Source of the DNA: Balanoglossus misakiensis
Lineage: Eukaryota > Animalia > Hemichordata
DNA length: 64,000 bases
Direction: 5' to 3'
Assembly (NCBI GenBank): GCA_040954595.2
Contig: CM082584.2
Location: forward strand, 1,288,281 to 1,352,280
Below the pieces are notes generated by a model that saw only the letters and a program-made list of their open reading frames with translations, did no database searches and was not told the origin of the DNA. Numbering within the stretch: position 1 is the stretch's first letter; every line of letters starts with the position of its first letter. This document shows positions 1 through 14,300 of the stretch, piece by piece. Both the position numbers and the translations under genes were made by a program.

Positions 1-241
1 CCTTTGACCAGCTTTCATATATCTTGGTATTCACAGCAGAATACAGCCTTGGCATACCCTGGTAACCATGGGAACCGTTTGGGCCCAACCAATGTTGCTG
101 GCAGCGTTAATTTTTAAATGATTTCTTCTTGTCGTTTTCTTTATCAATATGATGACTTGACCAAATCAGATTATTAAAATAATTTCATTCTTTTTTTACA
201 TTAGGTTCTTTGGTAACACTGCTGCTGGAGGGAGTGTAATA

Positions 242-853
242 TTTGTAACAACGTCGCCACCTAATACTGTACTGGAGGTATGAACTTAAACTTGTAACGA
301 CGCCGCCACCTAATACTGTACTGGAGAGATGAAGTTATTACTTGTAACGACGCCGCCACCTAATACTGTACTGGAGAGATGAAGTTAATACTTGTAACGA
401 CGCCGCCACCTAATACTGTACTGGAGAGATGAAGTTAATACTTGTAACGACGCCGCCACCTAATACTGTACTGGAGAGATGAAGTTAATACTTGTAACGA
501 CGCCGCCACCTAATACTGTACTGGAGAGATGAAGTTAATACTTGTAACGACGCCGCCACCTAATACTGTACTGGAGAGATGAAGTTAATACTTGTAACGA
601 CGCCGTCACCTAATACTGTACTGGAGAGATGAAGTTAATACTTGTAACGACGCCGCCACCTAATACTGTACTGGAGGGATGAACTTAAACTTGTAACGAC
701 GCCGCCACCTAATACTGTACTGGAGAGATGAAGTTAATACTTGTAACGACGCCGCCACCTAATACTGTACTGGAGAGATGAACTTAATACTTGTAACGAC
801 GCCGCCACCTTATACTGTACTGGAGGGATGAACTTAAACCTGTAACGACGCCA
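242..853. repeat. 50-bp minisatellite, ~12 copies
   Basis: Unit CTTGTAACGACGCCGCCACCTAATACTGTACTGGAGAGATGAAGTTAATA recurs at 291, 341, 391, 441 and so on; one unit is 49 bp. Confidence 0.97.
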
Positions 854-1038
854 GATGATGCTCCTGTGACCAGAGGGATGAACGACGCCATGATTTGTTG
901 ATCTGATCTAATTAATAATATTCATTCTTTTTTTTCAATAGGTTCATTGGTATTATCATCGCCGGAGGGAGTCTAATCAATATCTACAACAACGCCGCAC
1001 CAGATAACAATATCAAAACCAGAGGGATGCTGTCAATA

Positions 1039-1212
1039 GGTTAGGCTAATAAAAATGGTTTAATCTGAGGGAATGGTAAAGGGTTGGTGTATGAATATGT
1101 TAGGGTAATAAAAAATGGTATAATCTAACGGAATGGTGAAGGGTTGGTGTATAAACAGGTTAGGCTAATAAAAATGGTATAATCTAATGAAATGGTGAAG
1201 GGTTGGTGTATG
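1039..1212. repeat. Degenerate ~59-bp tandem repeat, 3 copies, fading into AT-rich GGTATAAT-like sequence to ~1600
   Basis: GGTTAGGCTAATAAAAATGGT.TAATCT...AATGGTGAAGGGTTGGTGTAT occurs three times. Confidence 0.85.
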
Positions 1213-1634
1213 ATGACTAATAAGACATTGTGCACAAGGGTACTATAATAAAACTGTCTGCAAGGGTATAATATTATGGTTTCAAGGGTATGATAAGTAA
1301 TTAAAATACTATAAAAACATGAGTAATGCCACGTGGTAAATAAAAACTGTACATGTACAGAGGGTAAATACCGGTATAATATATAAAGGTGTTAACATCA
1401 ATGGTGTAATAATAAAAAAATGGGTAACACATGGTTTTGGTGGTATAATAATAATAAAATGGTATTAACTTGATGGTATAAACATTATGGGATGTGTATA
1501 AACGGTGTTAATATTACAAAGGTATAATGATTAGTTGGGGTGTAATAATAAGAAATTTAAAATCATTGGGTAATTTATTAGTGTCAGGTTGGGTAAAATA
1601 ATTGTTGCTATGCATTCGTGTAATAATTGTCTGC

Positions 1635-1833
1635 GGATTTTTTGCAGCGTTACCCGCGTTCGCGTTCTTCATTGCAGGTCGCTCGTCATGTAATGGAATT
1701 TCGCCGTGTGCCCGTTTGATTCGCCGATGGATTTTTTACAACGTTACCCGCGTTCGCGTTCTTCATCGCAGTTGGATCGTCGTGTAATGTAATTTCGCCG
1801 TGTGCCCGTTTGATTCGCCGATGGATTTTTTGC
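1635..1833. repeat. 94-bp CpG-rich tandem duplication (~2.1 copies)
   Basis: GGATTTTTT at 1635, 1729 and 1823; CGTTACCCGCGTTCGCGTTCTTCAT and TTTCGCCGTGTGCCCGTTTGATTCGCCGATGG each occur twice. Confidence 0.9.
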
Positions 1834-2258
1834 TTTCGTCATCGTAATTCCCGCATCAACACGAATCCTCAATCTCGCGTAACAACAATACATCAAAATG
1901 TACACAGAAAAATAGGAGTCGACAAGACAATTCTGGTTAGTTTGAGCCCCAACCTTTTAAAATTCACAACGGGGGAGGGGGCAGTTTTTCCTCATTTTAT
2001 ATTTGGCTCGAGGTTTTTAACTGTCCCCAGGCGCGTAAAGTTAGTTAGTTTATCACACAGAATGTAATTATCTTGCTTGATTTAAAAAAACACTAAAATT
2101 GTATGGGGGAGCTTCTTGCGATTTGCACTGAAGAAACTGATGGTTTGTACCCATAGATAATATTTAGTATTAAGCACATAATTGCCTGGAAATAAAAATT
2201 AACTCAAGGGTAGAATGCAACAGTTAATTTTGTGCAATATCAACAGGAGCTATTTTGG

Positions 2259-2363
2259 CACATTATTTCAGTTTGATAAACACTGTTTTTGCTCATTGTT
2301 TCATTTCAACCACATTATTTCAGTTTGATGAACACTGTTTTTGCTTATTGTTTCATTTCAACC
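2259..2363. repeat. ~52-bp tandem duplication
   Basis: CACATTATTT(T)CAGTTTGATRAACACTGTTTTTGCTYATTGTTTCATTTCAAC occurs twice. Confidence 0.9.
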
Positions 2364-5300
2364 ACTTTTGTCACCTTGTTTTAAATTGAATGCAAGCATT
2401 GTTTCTGTTTGACCACTACTTGGGGTAATTGTTCCAAATTGGTATGCAAGATATTTTACATCAGCAGTTAGCCATCTAGCCACACTTTAGCTGCACAGCA
2501 TATGAAAAATAATGAAATTCATGCAAAAAGCAAAAAAGTATTATGGGTATAATGCCATTGCAGCATTGGCGGTTCGACTCCGTCGATACTTACTTTGAAG
2601 CATAAGTCTTCATTATTTTTCATATGTAATAAATAAAACTCTTCCAAATTCATATCTTTGTTTTCAGTTTGTGCTTTTGCTTCAGTTAGGGGGCCCACAC
2701 TTAGTAAACCTGTCTTGCCATCTTTTCACATTTCTTCAAATATGCAGCGCCAGCAGTAGGCAGTATTTGATCAAATTGACCCACAAATCACTCAAAATTA
2801 ATAGGCAGGATACTGTCCACTCTGGCCTGGTTACTGTCTGGCCTGGTTAATGTTGACGCAAAGGTTGACCCCACCAAACACTCAAAATTAATGGGCACGA
2901 CACTGGCCACTCTGGCCTGGTTAATGTTGACGCTAAGGTTGACCCCACCAAACACTCAAAATTAATGGGCAGCATACTGTCCACTATGGCCTGGTTACTG
3001 TGTGCTCTGGTTAATGTTGACGCAAAGGTTGACCCCACCAAACACTCAAAATTAATGGGCACGACACTGGCCACTCTGGCCTGGTTAATGTTGATGCAAA
3101 GGTTGACCCCACCAAACACTCAAAATTACTGGGCAGCATACTGTCCACTCTGGCCTGGTTACTGTGTGCTCTGGTTAATGTTAACGCAAAGGTTGACCCC
3201 ACCAAACACTCAAAATTAATGGGCAGCATACTGTCCACTATGGCCTGGTTACTGTGTGCTCTGGTTAATGTTGACGCAAAGGTTGACCCCACCAAACACT
3301 CAAAATTAATGGGCAGCATACTGTCCACTATGGCCTGGTTACTGTGTGCTCTGGTTAATGTTGACGCAAAGGTTGACCCCACCAAACACTCAAAATTAAT
3401 GGGCAGCACACTGTCCACTACGGCCTGGTTACTTTGTGCTCTGGTTAATGTTGACGCAAAGGTTGACCCCTGCAAAAACACTCAAAATTAATGGGCAGAA
3501 CACTGTCCACTATGGCCTGGTTACTGTGTGCTCTGGTTAATGTTGACGCAAAGGTTGACCCCACCAAACACTCAAAATTAATGGGCAGGATACTGGCCAC
3601 TCTGGCCTAGTTAATGTTGACGCAAAGGTTGACCCCCACCAAACACTCAAAATTAATGGGCACGATACTGGCCACTCTGGCCTAGTTAATGTTGACGCAA
3701 AGGTTGACCCCACCAAACACTCAAAATTAATGGGCACGACACTGGCCACTCTGGCCTGGTTAATGTTGACGCAAAGGTTGACCCCATCAAACCCTCAAAA
3801 TTAATGGGCAGCATACTGTCCACTCTGGCCTGGTTACTGTGTGCTCTTGTTAATGTTGACGCAAAGGTTGACCCCACCAAACACTCAAAATTAATGGGCA
3901 GCACACTGTCCACTATGGCCTGGTTACTGTGTGCTCTGGTTAATGTTGACGCAAAGGTTGACCCCACCAAACACTCAAAATTAATGGGCAGAACACTGTC
4001 CACTATGGCCTGGTTACTGTGTGCTCTGGTTAATGTTGACGCAAAGGTTGACCCCACCAAACACTCAAAATTAATGGGCAGGATACTGGCCACTCTGGCC
4101 TAGTTAATGTTGACGCAAAGGTTGACCCCCACCAAACACTCAAAATTAATGGGCACGATACTGGCCACTCTGGCCAGGTTAATGTTGACGCAAAGGTTGA
4201 CCCCACCAAACACTCAAAATTAATGGGCAGAACACTGTCCACTATGGCCTGGTTACTGTGTGCTCTGGTTAATGTTGACGCAAAGGTTGACCCCACCAAA
4301 CACTCAAAATTAATGGGCAGAACACTGTCCACTATGGCCTGGTTACTGTGTGCTCTGGTTAATGTTGACGCAAAGGTTGACCCCACCAAACACTCAAAAT
4401 TAATGGGCAGCATACTGTCAACTATGGCCTGGTTACTGTGTGCTCTGGTTAATGTTGACGCAAAGGTTGACCCCACCAAACACTCAAAATTAATGGGCAG
4501 CATACTGTCCTATATGGCCTGGTTACTGTGTGCTCTGGTTAATGTTGACGCAAAGGTTGACCCCCACCAAACACTCAAAATTAATGGGCAGGATACTGGC
4601 CACTCTGGCCTAGTTAATGTTGACGCAAAGGTTGACCCCACCAAACACTCAAAATTAATGGGCACGACACTGGCCACTCTGGCCTGGTTAATGTTGACGC
4701 AAAGGTTGACCCCATCAAACCCTCAAAATTAATGGGCAGCATACTGTCCACTCTGGCCTGGTTACTGTGTGCTCTTGTTAATGTTGACGCAAAGGTTGAC
4801 CCCACCAAACACTCAAAATTAATGGGCAGCACACTGTCCACTACGGCCTGGTTACTGTGTGCTCTGGTTAATGTTGACGCAAAGGTTGACCCCATCAAAC
4901 CCTCAAAATTAATGGGCAGCATACTGTCCACTCTGGCCTGGTTACTGTGTGCTCTTGTTAATGTTGACGCAAAGGTTGACCCCACCAAACACTCAAAATT
5001 AATGGGCAGCACACTGTCCACTACGGCCTGGTTACTGTGTGCTCCGGTTAATGTTGACGCAAAGGTTGACCCCACCAAACACTCAAAATTAATGGGCAGA
5101 ACACTGTCCACTATGGCCTGGTTACTGTGTGCTCTGGTTAATGTTGACGCAAAGGTTGACCCCACCAAACACTCAAAATTAATGGGCAGGATACTGGCCA
5201 CTCTGGCCTAGTTAATGTTGACGCAAAGGTTGACCCCCACCAAACACTCAAAATTAATGGGCACGATACTGGCCACTCTGGCCTAGTTAATGTTGACGCA

Positions 5301-8300
5301 AAGGTTGACCCCATCAAACCCTCAAAATTAATGGGCAGCATACTGTCCACTCTGGCCTGGTTACTGTGTGCTCTTGTTAATGTTGACGCAAAGGTTGACC
5401 CCACCAAACACTCAAAATTAATGGGCAGCACACTGTCCACTCTGGCCTGGTTACTGTGTGCTCTTGTTAATGTTGACGCAAAGGTTGACCCCACCAAACA
5501 CTCAAAATTAATGGGCAGCACACTGTCCACTACGGCCTGGTTACTGTGTGCTCTGGTTAATGTTGACGCAAAGGTTGACCCCACCAAACACTCAAAATTA
5601 ATGGGCAGAACACTGTCCACTATGGCCTGGTTACTGTGTGCTCTGGTTAATGTTGACGCAAAGGTTGACCCCACCAAACACTCAAAATTAATGGGCAGGA
5701 TACTGGCCACTCTGGCCTAGTTAATGTTGACGCAAAGGTTGACCCCCACCAAACACTCAAAATTAATGGGCACGATACTGGCCACTCTGGCCTAGTTAAT
5801 GTTGACGCAAAGGTTGACCCCACCAAACACTCAAAATTAATGGGCAGAACACTGTCCACTATGGCCTGGTTACTGTGTGCTCTGGTTAATGTTGACGCAA
5901 AGGTTGACCCCACCAAACACTCAAAATTAATGGGCAGAACACTGTCCACTATGGCCTGGTTACTGTGTGCTCTGGTTAATGTTGACGCAAAGGTTGACCC
6001 CACCAAACACTCAAAATTAATGGGCAGCATACTGTCCACTATGGCCTGGTTACTGTGTGCTCTGGTTAATGTTGACGCAAAGGTTGACCCCACCAAACAC
6101 TCAAAATTAATGGGCAGGATACTGGCCACTCTGGCCTAGTTAATGTTGACGCTAAGGTTGACCCCACCAAACACTCAAAATTAATGGGCAGCATACTGTC
6201 CACTATGGCCTGGTTACTGTGTGCTCTGGTTAATGTTGACGCAAAGGTTGACCCCACCAAACACTCAAAATTAATGGGCACGACACTGGCCACTCTGGCC
6301 TGGTTAATGTTGATGCAAAGGTTGACCCCACCAAACACTCAAAATTACTGGGCAGCATACTGTCCACTCTGGCCTGGTTACTGTGTGCTCTGGTTAATGT
6401 TAACGCAAAGGTTGACCCCACCAAACACTCAAAATTAATGGGCAGCATACTGTCCACTATGGCCTGGTTACTGTGTGCTCTGGTTAATGTTGACGCAAAG
6501 GTTGACCCCACCAAACACTCAAAATTAATGGGCAGCATACTGTCCACTATGGCCTGGTTACTGTGTGCTCTGGTTAATGTTGACGCAAAGGTTGACCCCA
6601 CCAAACACTCAAAATTAATGGGCAGCACACTGTCCACTACGGCCTGGTTACTTTGTGCTCTGGTTAATGTTGACGCAAAGGTTGACCCCTGCAAAAACAC
6701 TCAAAATTAATGGGCAGAACACTGTCCACTATGGCCTGGTTACTGTGTGCTCTGGTTAATGTTGACGCAAAGGTTGACCCCACCAAACACTCAAAATTAA
6801 TGGGCAGGATACTGGCCACTCTGGCCTAGTTAATGTTGACGCAAAGGTTGACCCCCACCAAACACTCAAAATTAATGGGCACGATACTGGCCACTCTGGC
6901 CTAGTTAATGTTGACGCAAAGGTTGACCCCACCAAACACTCAAAATTAATGGGCACGACACTGGCCACTCTGGCCTGGTTAATGTTGACGCAAAGGTTGA
7001 CCCCATCAAACCCTCAAAATTAATGGGCAGCATACTGTCCACTCTGGCCTGGTTACTGTGTGCTCTTGTTAATGTTGACGCAAAGGTTGACCCCACCAAA
7101 CACTCAAAATTAATGGGCAGCACACTGTCCACTATGGCCTGGTTACTGTGTGCTCTGGTTAATGTTGACGCAAAGGTTGACCCCACCAAACACTCAAAAT
7201 TAATGGGCAGAACACTGTCCACTATGGCCTGGTTACTGTGTGCTCTGGTTAATGTTGACGCAAAGGTTGACCCCACCAAACACTCAAAATTAATGGGCAG
7301 GATACTGGCCACTCTGGCCTAGTTAATGTTGACGCAAAGGTTGACCCCCACCAAACACTCAAAATTAATGGGCACGATACTGGCCACTCTGGCCAGGTTA
7401 ATGTTGACGCAAAGGTTGACCCCACCAAACACTCAAAATTAATGGGCAGAACACTGTCCACTATGGCCTGGTTACTGTGTGCTCTGGTTAATGTTGACGC
7501 AAAGGTTGACCCCACCAAACACTCAAAATTAATGGGCAGAACACTGTCCACTATGGCCTGGTTACTGTGTGCTCTGGTTAATGTTGACGCAAAGGTTGAC
7601 CCCACCAAACACTCAAAATTAATGGGCAGCATACTGTCAACTATGGCCTGGTTACTGTGTGCTCTGGTTAATGTTGACGCAAAGGTTGACCCCACCAAAC
7701 ACTCAAAATTAATGGGCAGCATACTGTCCTATATGGCCTGGTTACTGTGTGCTCTGGTTAATGTTGACGCAAAGGTTGACCCCCACCAAACACTCAAAAT
7801 TAATGGGCAGGATACTGGCCACTCTGGCCTAGTTAATGTTGACGCAAAGGTTGACCCCACCAAACACTCAAAATTAATGGGCACGACACTGGCCACTCTG
7901 GCCTGGTTAATGTTGACGCAAAGGTTGACCCCATCAAACCCTCAAAATTAATGGGCAGCATACTGTCCACTCTGGCCTGGTTACTGTGTGCTCTTGTTAA
8001 TGTTGACGCAAAGGTTGACCCCACCAAACACTCAAAATTAATGGGCAGCACACTGTCCACTACGGCCTGGTTACTGTGTGCTCTGGTTAATGTTGACGCA
8101 AAGGTTGACCCCATCAAACCCTCAAAATTAATGGGCAGCATACTGTCCACTCTGGCCTGGTTACTGTGTGCTCTTGTTAATGTTGACGCAAAGGTTGACC
8201 CCACCAAACACTCAAAATTAATGGGCAGCACACTGTCCACTACGGCCTGGTTACTGTGTGCTCCGGTTAATGTTGACGCAAAGGTTGACCCCACCAAACA

Positions 8301-11300
8301 CTCAAAATTAATGGGCAGAACACTGTCCACTATGGCCTGGTTACTGTGTGCTCTGGTTAATGTTGACGCAAAGGTTGACCCCACCAAACACTCAAAATTA
8401 ATGGGCAGGATACTGGCCACTCTGGCCTAGTTAATGTTGACGCAAAGGTTGACCCCCACCAAACACTCAAAATTAATGGGCACGATACTGGCCACTCTGG
8501 CCTAGTTAATGTTGACGCAAAGGTTGACCCCATCAAACCCTCAAAATTAATGGGCAGCATACTGTCCACTCTGGCCTGGTTACTGTGTGCTCTTGTTAAT
8601 GTTGACGCAAAGGTTGACCCCACCAAACACTCAAAATTAATGGGCAGCACACTGTCCACTCTGGCCTGGTTACTGTGTGCTCTTGTTAATGTTGACGCAA
8701 AGGTTGACCCCACCAAACACTCAAAATTAATGGGCAGCACACTGTCCACTACGGCCTGGTTACTGTGTGCTCTGGTTAATGTTGACGCAAAGGTTGACCC
8801 CACCAAACACTCAAAATTAATGGGCAGAACACTGTCCACTATGGCCTGGTTACTGTGTGCTCTGGTTAATGTTGACGCAAAGGTTGACCCCACCAAACAC
8901 TCAAAATTAATGGGCAGGATACTGGCCACTCTGGCCTAGTTAATGTTGACGCAAAGGTTGACCCCCACCAAACACTCAAAATTAATGGGCACGATACTGG
9001 CCACTCTGGCCTAGTTAATGTTGACGCAAAGGTTGACCCCACCAAACACTCAAAATTAATGGGCAGAACACTGTCCACTATGGCCTGGTTACTGTGTGCT
9101 CTGGTTAATGTTGACGCAAAGGTTGACCCCACCAAACACTCAAAATTAATGGGCAGAACACTGTCCACTATGGCCTGGTTACTGTGTGCTCTGGTTAATG
9201 TTGACGCAAAGGTTGACCCCACCAAACACTCAAAATTAATGGGCAGCATACTGTCCACTATGGCCTGGTTACTGTGTGCTCTGGTTAATGTTGACGCAAA
9301 GGTTGACCCCACCAAACACTCAAAATTAATGGGCAGGATACTGGCCACTCTGGCCTAGTTAATGTTGACGCAAAGGTTGACCCCCACCAAACACTCAAAA
9401 TTAATGGGCACGATACTGGCCACTCTGGCCTAGTTAATGTTGACGCAAAGGTTGACCCCACCAAACACTCAAAATTAATGGGCAGAACACTGTCCACTAT
9501 GGCCTGGTTACTGTGTGCTCTGGTTAATGTTGACGCAAAGGTTGACCCCACCAAACACTCAAAATTAATGGGCAGAACAATGTCCACTATGGCCTGGTTA
9601 CTGTGTGCTCTGGTTAATGTTGACGCAAAGGTTGACCCCACCAAACACTCAAAATTAATGGGCAGCATACTGTCCACTATGGCCTGGTTACTGTGTGCTC
9701 TGGTTAATGTTGACGCAAAGGTTGACCCCACCAAACACTCAAAATTAATGGGCAGCATACTGTCCTATATGGCCTGGTTACTGTGTGCTCTGGTTAATGT
9801 TGACGCAAAGGTTGACCCCACCAAACACTCAAAATTAATGGGCAGCACACTGTCCACTACGGCCTGGTTACTGTGTGCTCTGGTTAATGTTAACGCAAAG
9901 GTTGACCCCACCAAACACTCAAAATTAATGGGCAGCATACTGTCCACTATGGCCTGGTTACTGTGTGCTCTGGTTAATGTTGACGCAAAGGTTGACCCCA
10001 CCAAACACTCAAAATTAATGGGCAGCATACTGTCCACTATGGCCTGGTTACTGTGTGCTCTGGTTAATGTTGACGCAAAGGTTGACCCCACCAAACACTC
10101 AAAATTAATGGGCACGATACTGGCCACTCTGGCCTAGTTAATGTTGACGCAAAGGTTGACCCCACCAAACACTCAAAATTAATGGGCACGACACTGGCCA
10201 CTCTGGCCTGGTTAATGTTGACGCAAAGGTTGACCCATCAAACCCTCAAAATTAATGGGCAGCATACTGTCCACTCTGGCCTGGTTACTGTGTGCTCTTG
10301 TTAATGTTGACGCAAAGGATGACCCCACCAAACACTCAAAATTAATGGGCAGCACACTGTCCACTACGACCTGGTTACTGTGTGCTCTGGTTAATGTTGA
10401 CGCAAAGATTGACCCCACCAAACACTCAAAATTAATGGGCAGAACACTGTCCACTATGGCCTGGTTACTGTGTGCTCTGGTTAATGTTGACGCAAAGGTT
10501 GACCCCACCAAACACTCAAAATTAATGGGCAGGATACTGGCCACTCTGGCCTAGTTAATGTTGACGCAAAGGTTGACCCCCACCAAACACTCAAAATTAA
10601 TGGGCACTATACTGGCCACTCTGGCCTAGTTAATGTTGACGCAAAGGTTGACCCCACCAAACACTCAAAATTAATGGGCAGAACACTGTCCACTATGGCC
10701 TGGTTACTGTGTGCTCTGGTTAATGTTGACGCAAAGGTTGACCCCACCAAACACTCAAAATTAATGGGCAGAACACTGTCCACTATGGCCTGGTTACTGT
10801 GTGCTCTGGTTAATGTTGACGCAAAGGTTGACCCCACCAAACACTCAAAATTAATGGGCAGCATACTGTCCACTATGGCCTGGTTACTGTGTGCTCTGGT
10901 TAATGTTGACGCAAAGGTTGACCCCACCAAACACTCAAAATTAATGGGCAGGATACTGGCCACTCTGGCCTAGTTAATGTTGACGCAAAGGTTGACCCCC
11001 ACCAAACACTCAAAATTAATGGGCACGATACTGGCCACTCTGGCCTAGTTAATGTTGACGCAAAGGTTGACCCCACCAAACACTCAAAATTAATGGGCAG
11101 AACACTGTCCACTATGGCCTGGTTACTGTGTGCTCTGGTTAATGTTGACGCAAAGGTTGACCCCACCAAACACTCAAAATTAATGGGCAGAACAATGTCC
11201 ACTATGGCCTGGTTACTGTGTGCTCTGGTTAATGTTGACGCAAAGGTTGACCCCACCAAACACTCAAAATTAATGGGCAGCATACTGTCCACTATGGCCT

Positions 11301-14300
11301 GGTTACTGTGTGCTCTGGTTAATGTTGACGCAAAGGTTGACCCCACCAAACACTCAAAATTAATGGGCAGCATACTGTCCTATATGGCCTGGTTACTGTG
11401 TGCTCTGGTTAATGTTGACGCAAAGGTTGACCCCACCAAACACTCAAAATTAATGGGCAGCACACTGTCCACTACGGCCTGGTTACTGTGTGCTCTGGTT
11501 AATGTTAACGCAAAGGTTGACCCCACCAAACACTCAAAATTAATGGGCAGCATACTGTCCACTATGGCCTGGTTACTGTGTGCTCTGGTTAATGTTGACG
11601 CAAAGGTTGACCCCACCAAACACTCAAAATTAATGGGCAGCATACTGTCCACTATGGCCTGGTTACTGTGTGCTCTGGTTAATGTTGACGCAAAGGTTGA
11701 CCCCACCAAACACTCAAAATTAATGGGCACGATACTGGCCACTCTGGCCTAGTTAATGTTGACGCAAAGGTTGACCCCACCAAACACTCAAAATTAATGG
11801 GCACGACACTGGCCACTCTGGCCTGGTTAATGTTGACGCAAAGGTTGACCCATCAAACCCTCAAAATTAATGGGCAGCATACTGTCCACTCTGGCCTGGT
11901 TACTGTGTGCTCTTGTTAATGTTGACGCAAAGGATGACCCCACCAAACACTCAAAATTAATGGGCAGCACACTGTCCACTACGACCTGGTTACTGTGTGC
12001 TCTGGTTAATGTTGACGCAAAGATTGACCCCACCAAACACTCAAAATTAATGGGCAGAACACTGTCCACTATGGCCTGGTTACTGTGTGCTCTGGTTAAT
12101 GTTGACGCAAAGGTTGACCCCACCAAACACTCAAAATTAATGGGCAGGATACTGGCCACTCTGGCCTAGTTAATGTTGACGCAAAGGTTGACCCCCACCA
12201 AACACTCAAAATTAATGGGCACTATACTGGCCACTCTGGCCTAGTTAATGTTGACGCAAAGGTTGACCCCACCAAACACTCAAAATTAATGGGCAGAACA
12301 CTGTCCACTATGGCCTGGTTACTGTGTGCTCTGGTTAATGTTGATGCAAAGGTTGACCCCACCAAACACTCAAAATTAATGGGCAGAACACTGTCCACTA
12401 TGGCCTGGTTACTGTGTGCTCTGGTTAATGTTGACGCAAAGGTTGACCCCACCAAACACTCAAAATTAATGGGCAGAACACTGTCCACTATGGCCTGGTT
12501 ACTGTGTGCTCTGGTTAATGTTGACGCAAAGGTTGACCCCACCAAACACTCAAAATTAATGGGCAGGATACTGGCCACTCTGGTCTAGTTAATGTTGACG
12601 CAAAGGTTGACCCCCACCAAACACTCAAAATTAATGGGCACGATACTGGCCACTCTGGCCTAGTTAATGTTGACGCAAAGGTTGACCCCACCAAACACTC
12701 AAAATTAATGGGCACGATACTGGCCACTCTGGCCTAGTTAATGTTGACGCAAAGGTTGACCCCATCAAACCCTCAAAATTAATGGGCAGCATACTGTCCA
12801 CTCTGGCCTGGTTACTGTGTGCTCTTGTTAATGTTGACGCAAAGGTTGACCCCACCAAACACTCAAAATTAATGGGCAGCACACTGTCCACTACGGCCTG
12901 GTTACTGTGTGCTCTGGTTAATGTTGACGCAAAGGTTGACCCCACCAAACACTCAAAATTAATGGGCAGAACACTGTCCACTATGGCCTGGTTACTGTGT
13001 GCTCTGGTTAATGTTGACGCAAAGGTTGACCCCACCAAACACTCAAAATTAATGGGCAGGATACTGGCCACTCTGGCCTAGTTAATGTTGACGCAAAGGT
13101 TGACCCCCACCAAACACTCAAAATTAATGGGCACGATACTGGCCACTCTGGCCTAGTTAATGTTGACGCAAAGGTTGACCCCACCAAACACTCAAAATTA
13201 ATGGGCAGAACACTGTCCACTATGGCCTGGTTACTGTGTGCTCTGGTTAATGTTGACGCAAAGGTTGACCCCACCAAACACTCAAAATTAATGGGCAGAA
13301 CAATGTCCACTATGGCCTGGTTACTGTGTGCTCTGGTTAATGTTGACGCAAAGGTTGACCCCACCAAACACTCAAAATTAATGGGCAGCATACTGTCCTA
13401 TATGGCCTGGTTACTGTGTGCTCTGGTTAATGTTGACGCAAAGGTTGACCCCACCAAACACTCAAAATTAATGGGCAGCACACTGTCCACTACGGCCTGG
13501 TTACTGTGTGCTCTGGTTAATGTTAACGCAAAGGTTGACCCCACCAAACACTCAAAATTAATGGGCAGCATACTGTCCACTATGGCCTGGTTACTGTGTG
13601 CTCTGGTTAATGTTGACGCAAAGGTTGACCCCACCAAATACTCAAAATTAATGGGCAGCATACTGTCCACTATGGCCTGGTTACTGTGTGCTCTGGTTAA
13701 TGTTGACACAAAGGTTGACCCCACCAAACACTCAAAATTAATGGGCACGATACTGGCCACTCTGGCCTAGTTAATGTTGACGCAAAGGTTGACCCCACCA
13801 AACACTCAAAATTAATGGGCACGACACTGGCCACTCTGGCCTGGTTAATGTTGACGCAAAGGTTGACCCCATCAAACCCTCAAAATTAATGGGCAGCATA
13901 CTGTCCACTCTGGCCTGGTTACTGTGTGCTCTTGTTAATGTTGACGCAAAGGTTGACCCCACCAAACACTCAAAATTAATGGGCAGCACACTGTCCACTA
14001 CGGCCTGGTTACTGTGTGCTCTGGTTAATGTTGACGCAAAGGTTGACCCCACCAAACACTCAAAATTAATGGGCAGAACACTGTCCACTATGGCCTGGTT
14101 ACTGTGTGCTCTGGTTAATGTTGACGCAAAGGTTGACCCCCACCAAACACTCAAAATTAATGGGCACGATACTGGCCACTCTGGCCTAGTTAATGTTGAC
14201 GCAAAGGTTGACCCCACCAAACACTCAAAATTAATGGGCACGACACTGGCCACTCTGGCCTGGTTAATGTTGACGCAAAGGTTGACCCCACCAAACACTC

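Noticed and set aside
2360-2740. Possible continuation exons of the Uif-like gene left of the satellite
   Set aside because: Minus-strand frames are short, interrupted by stops, and lack the sushi Cys/Trp pattern.
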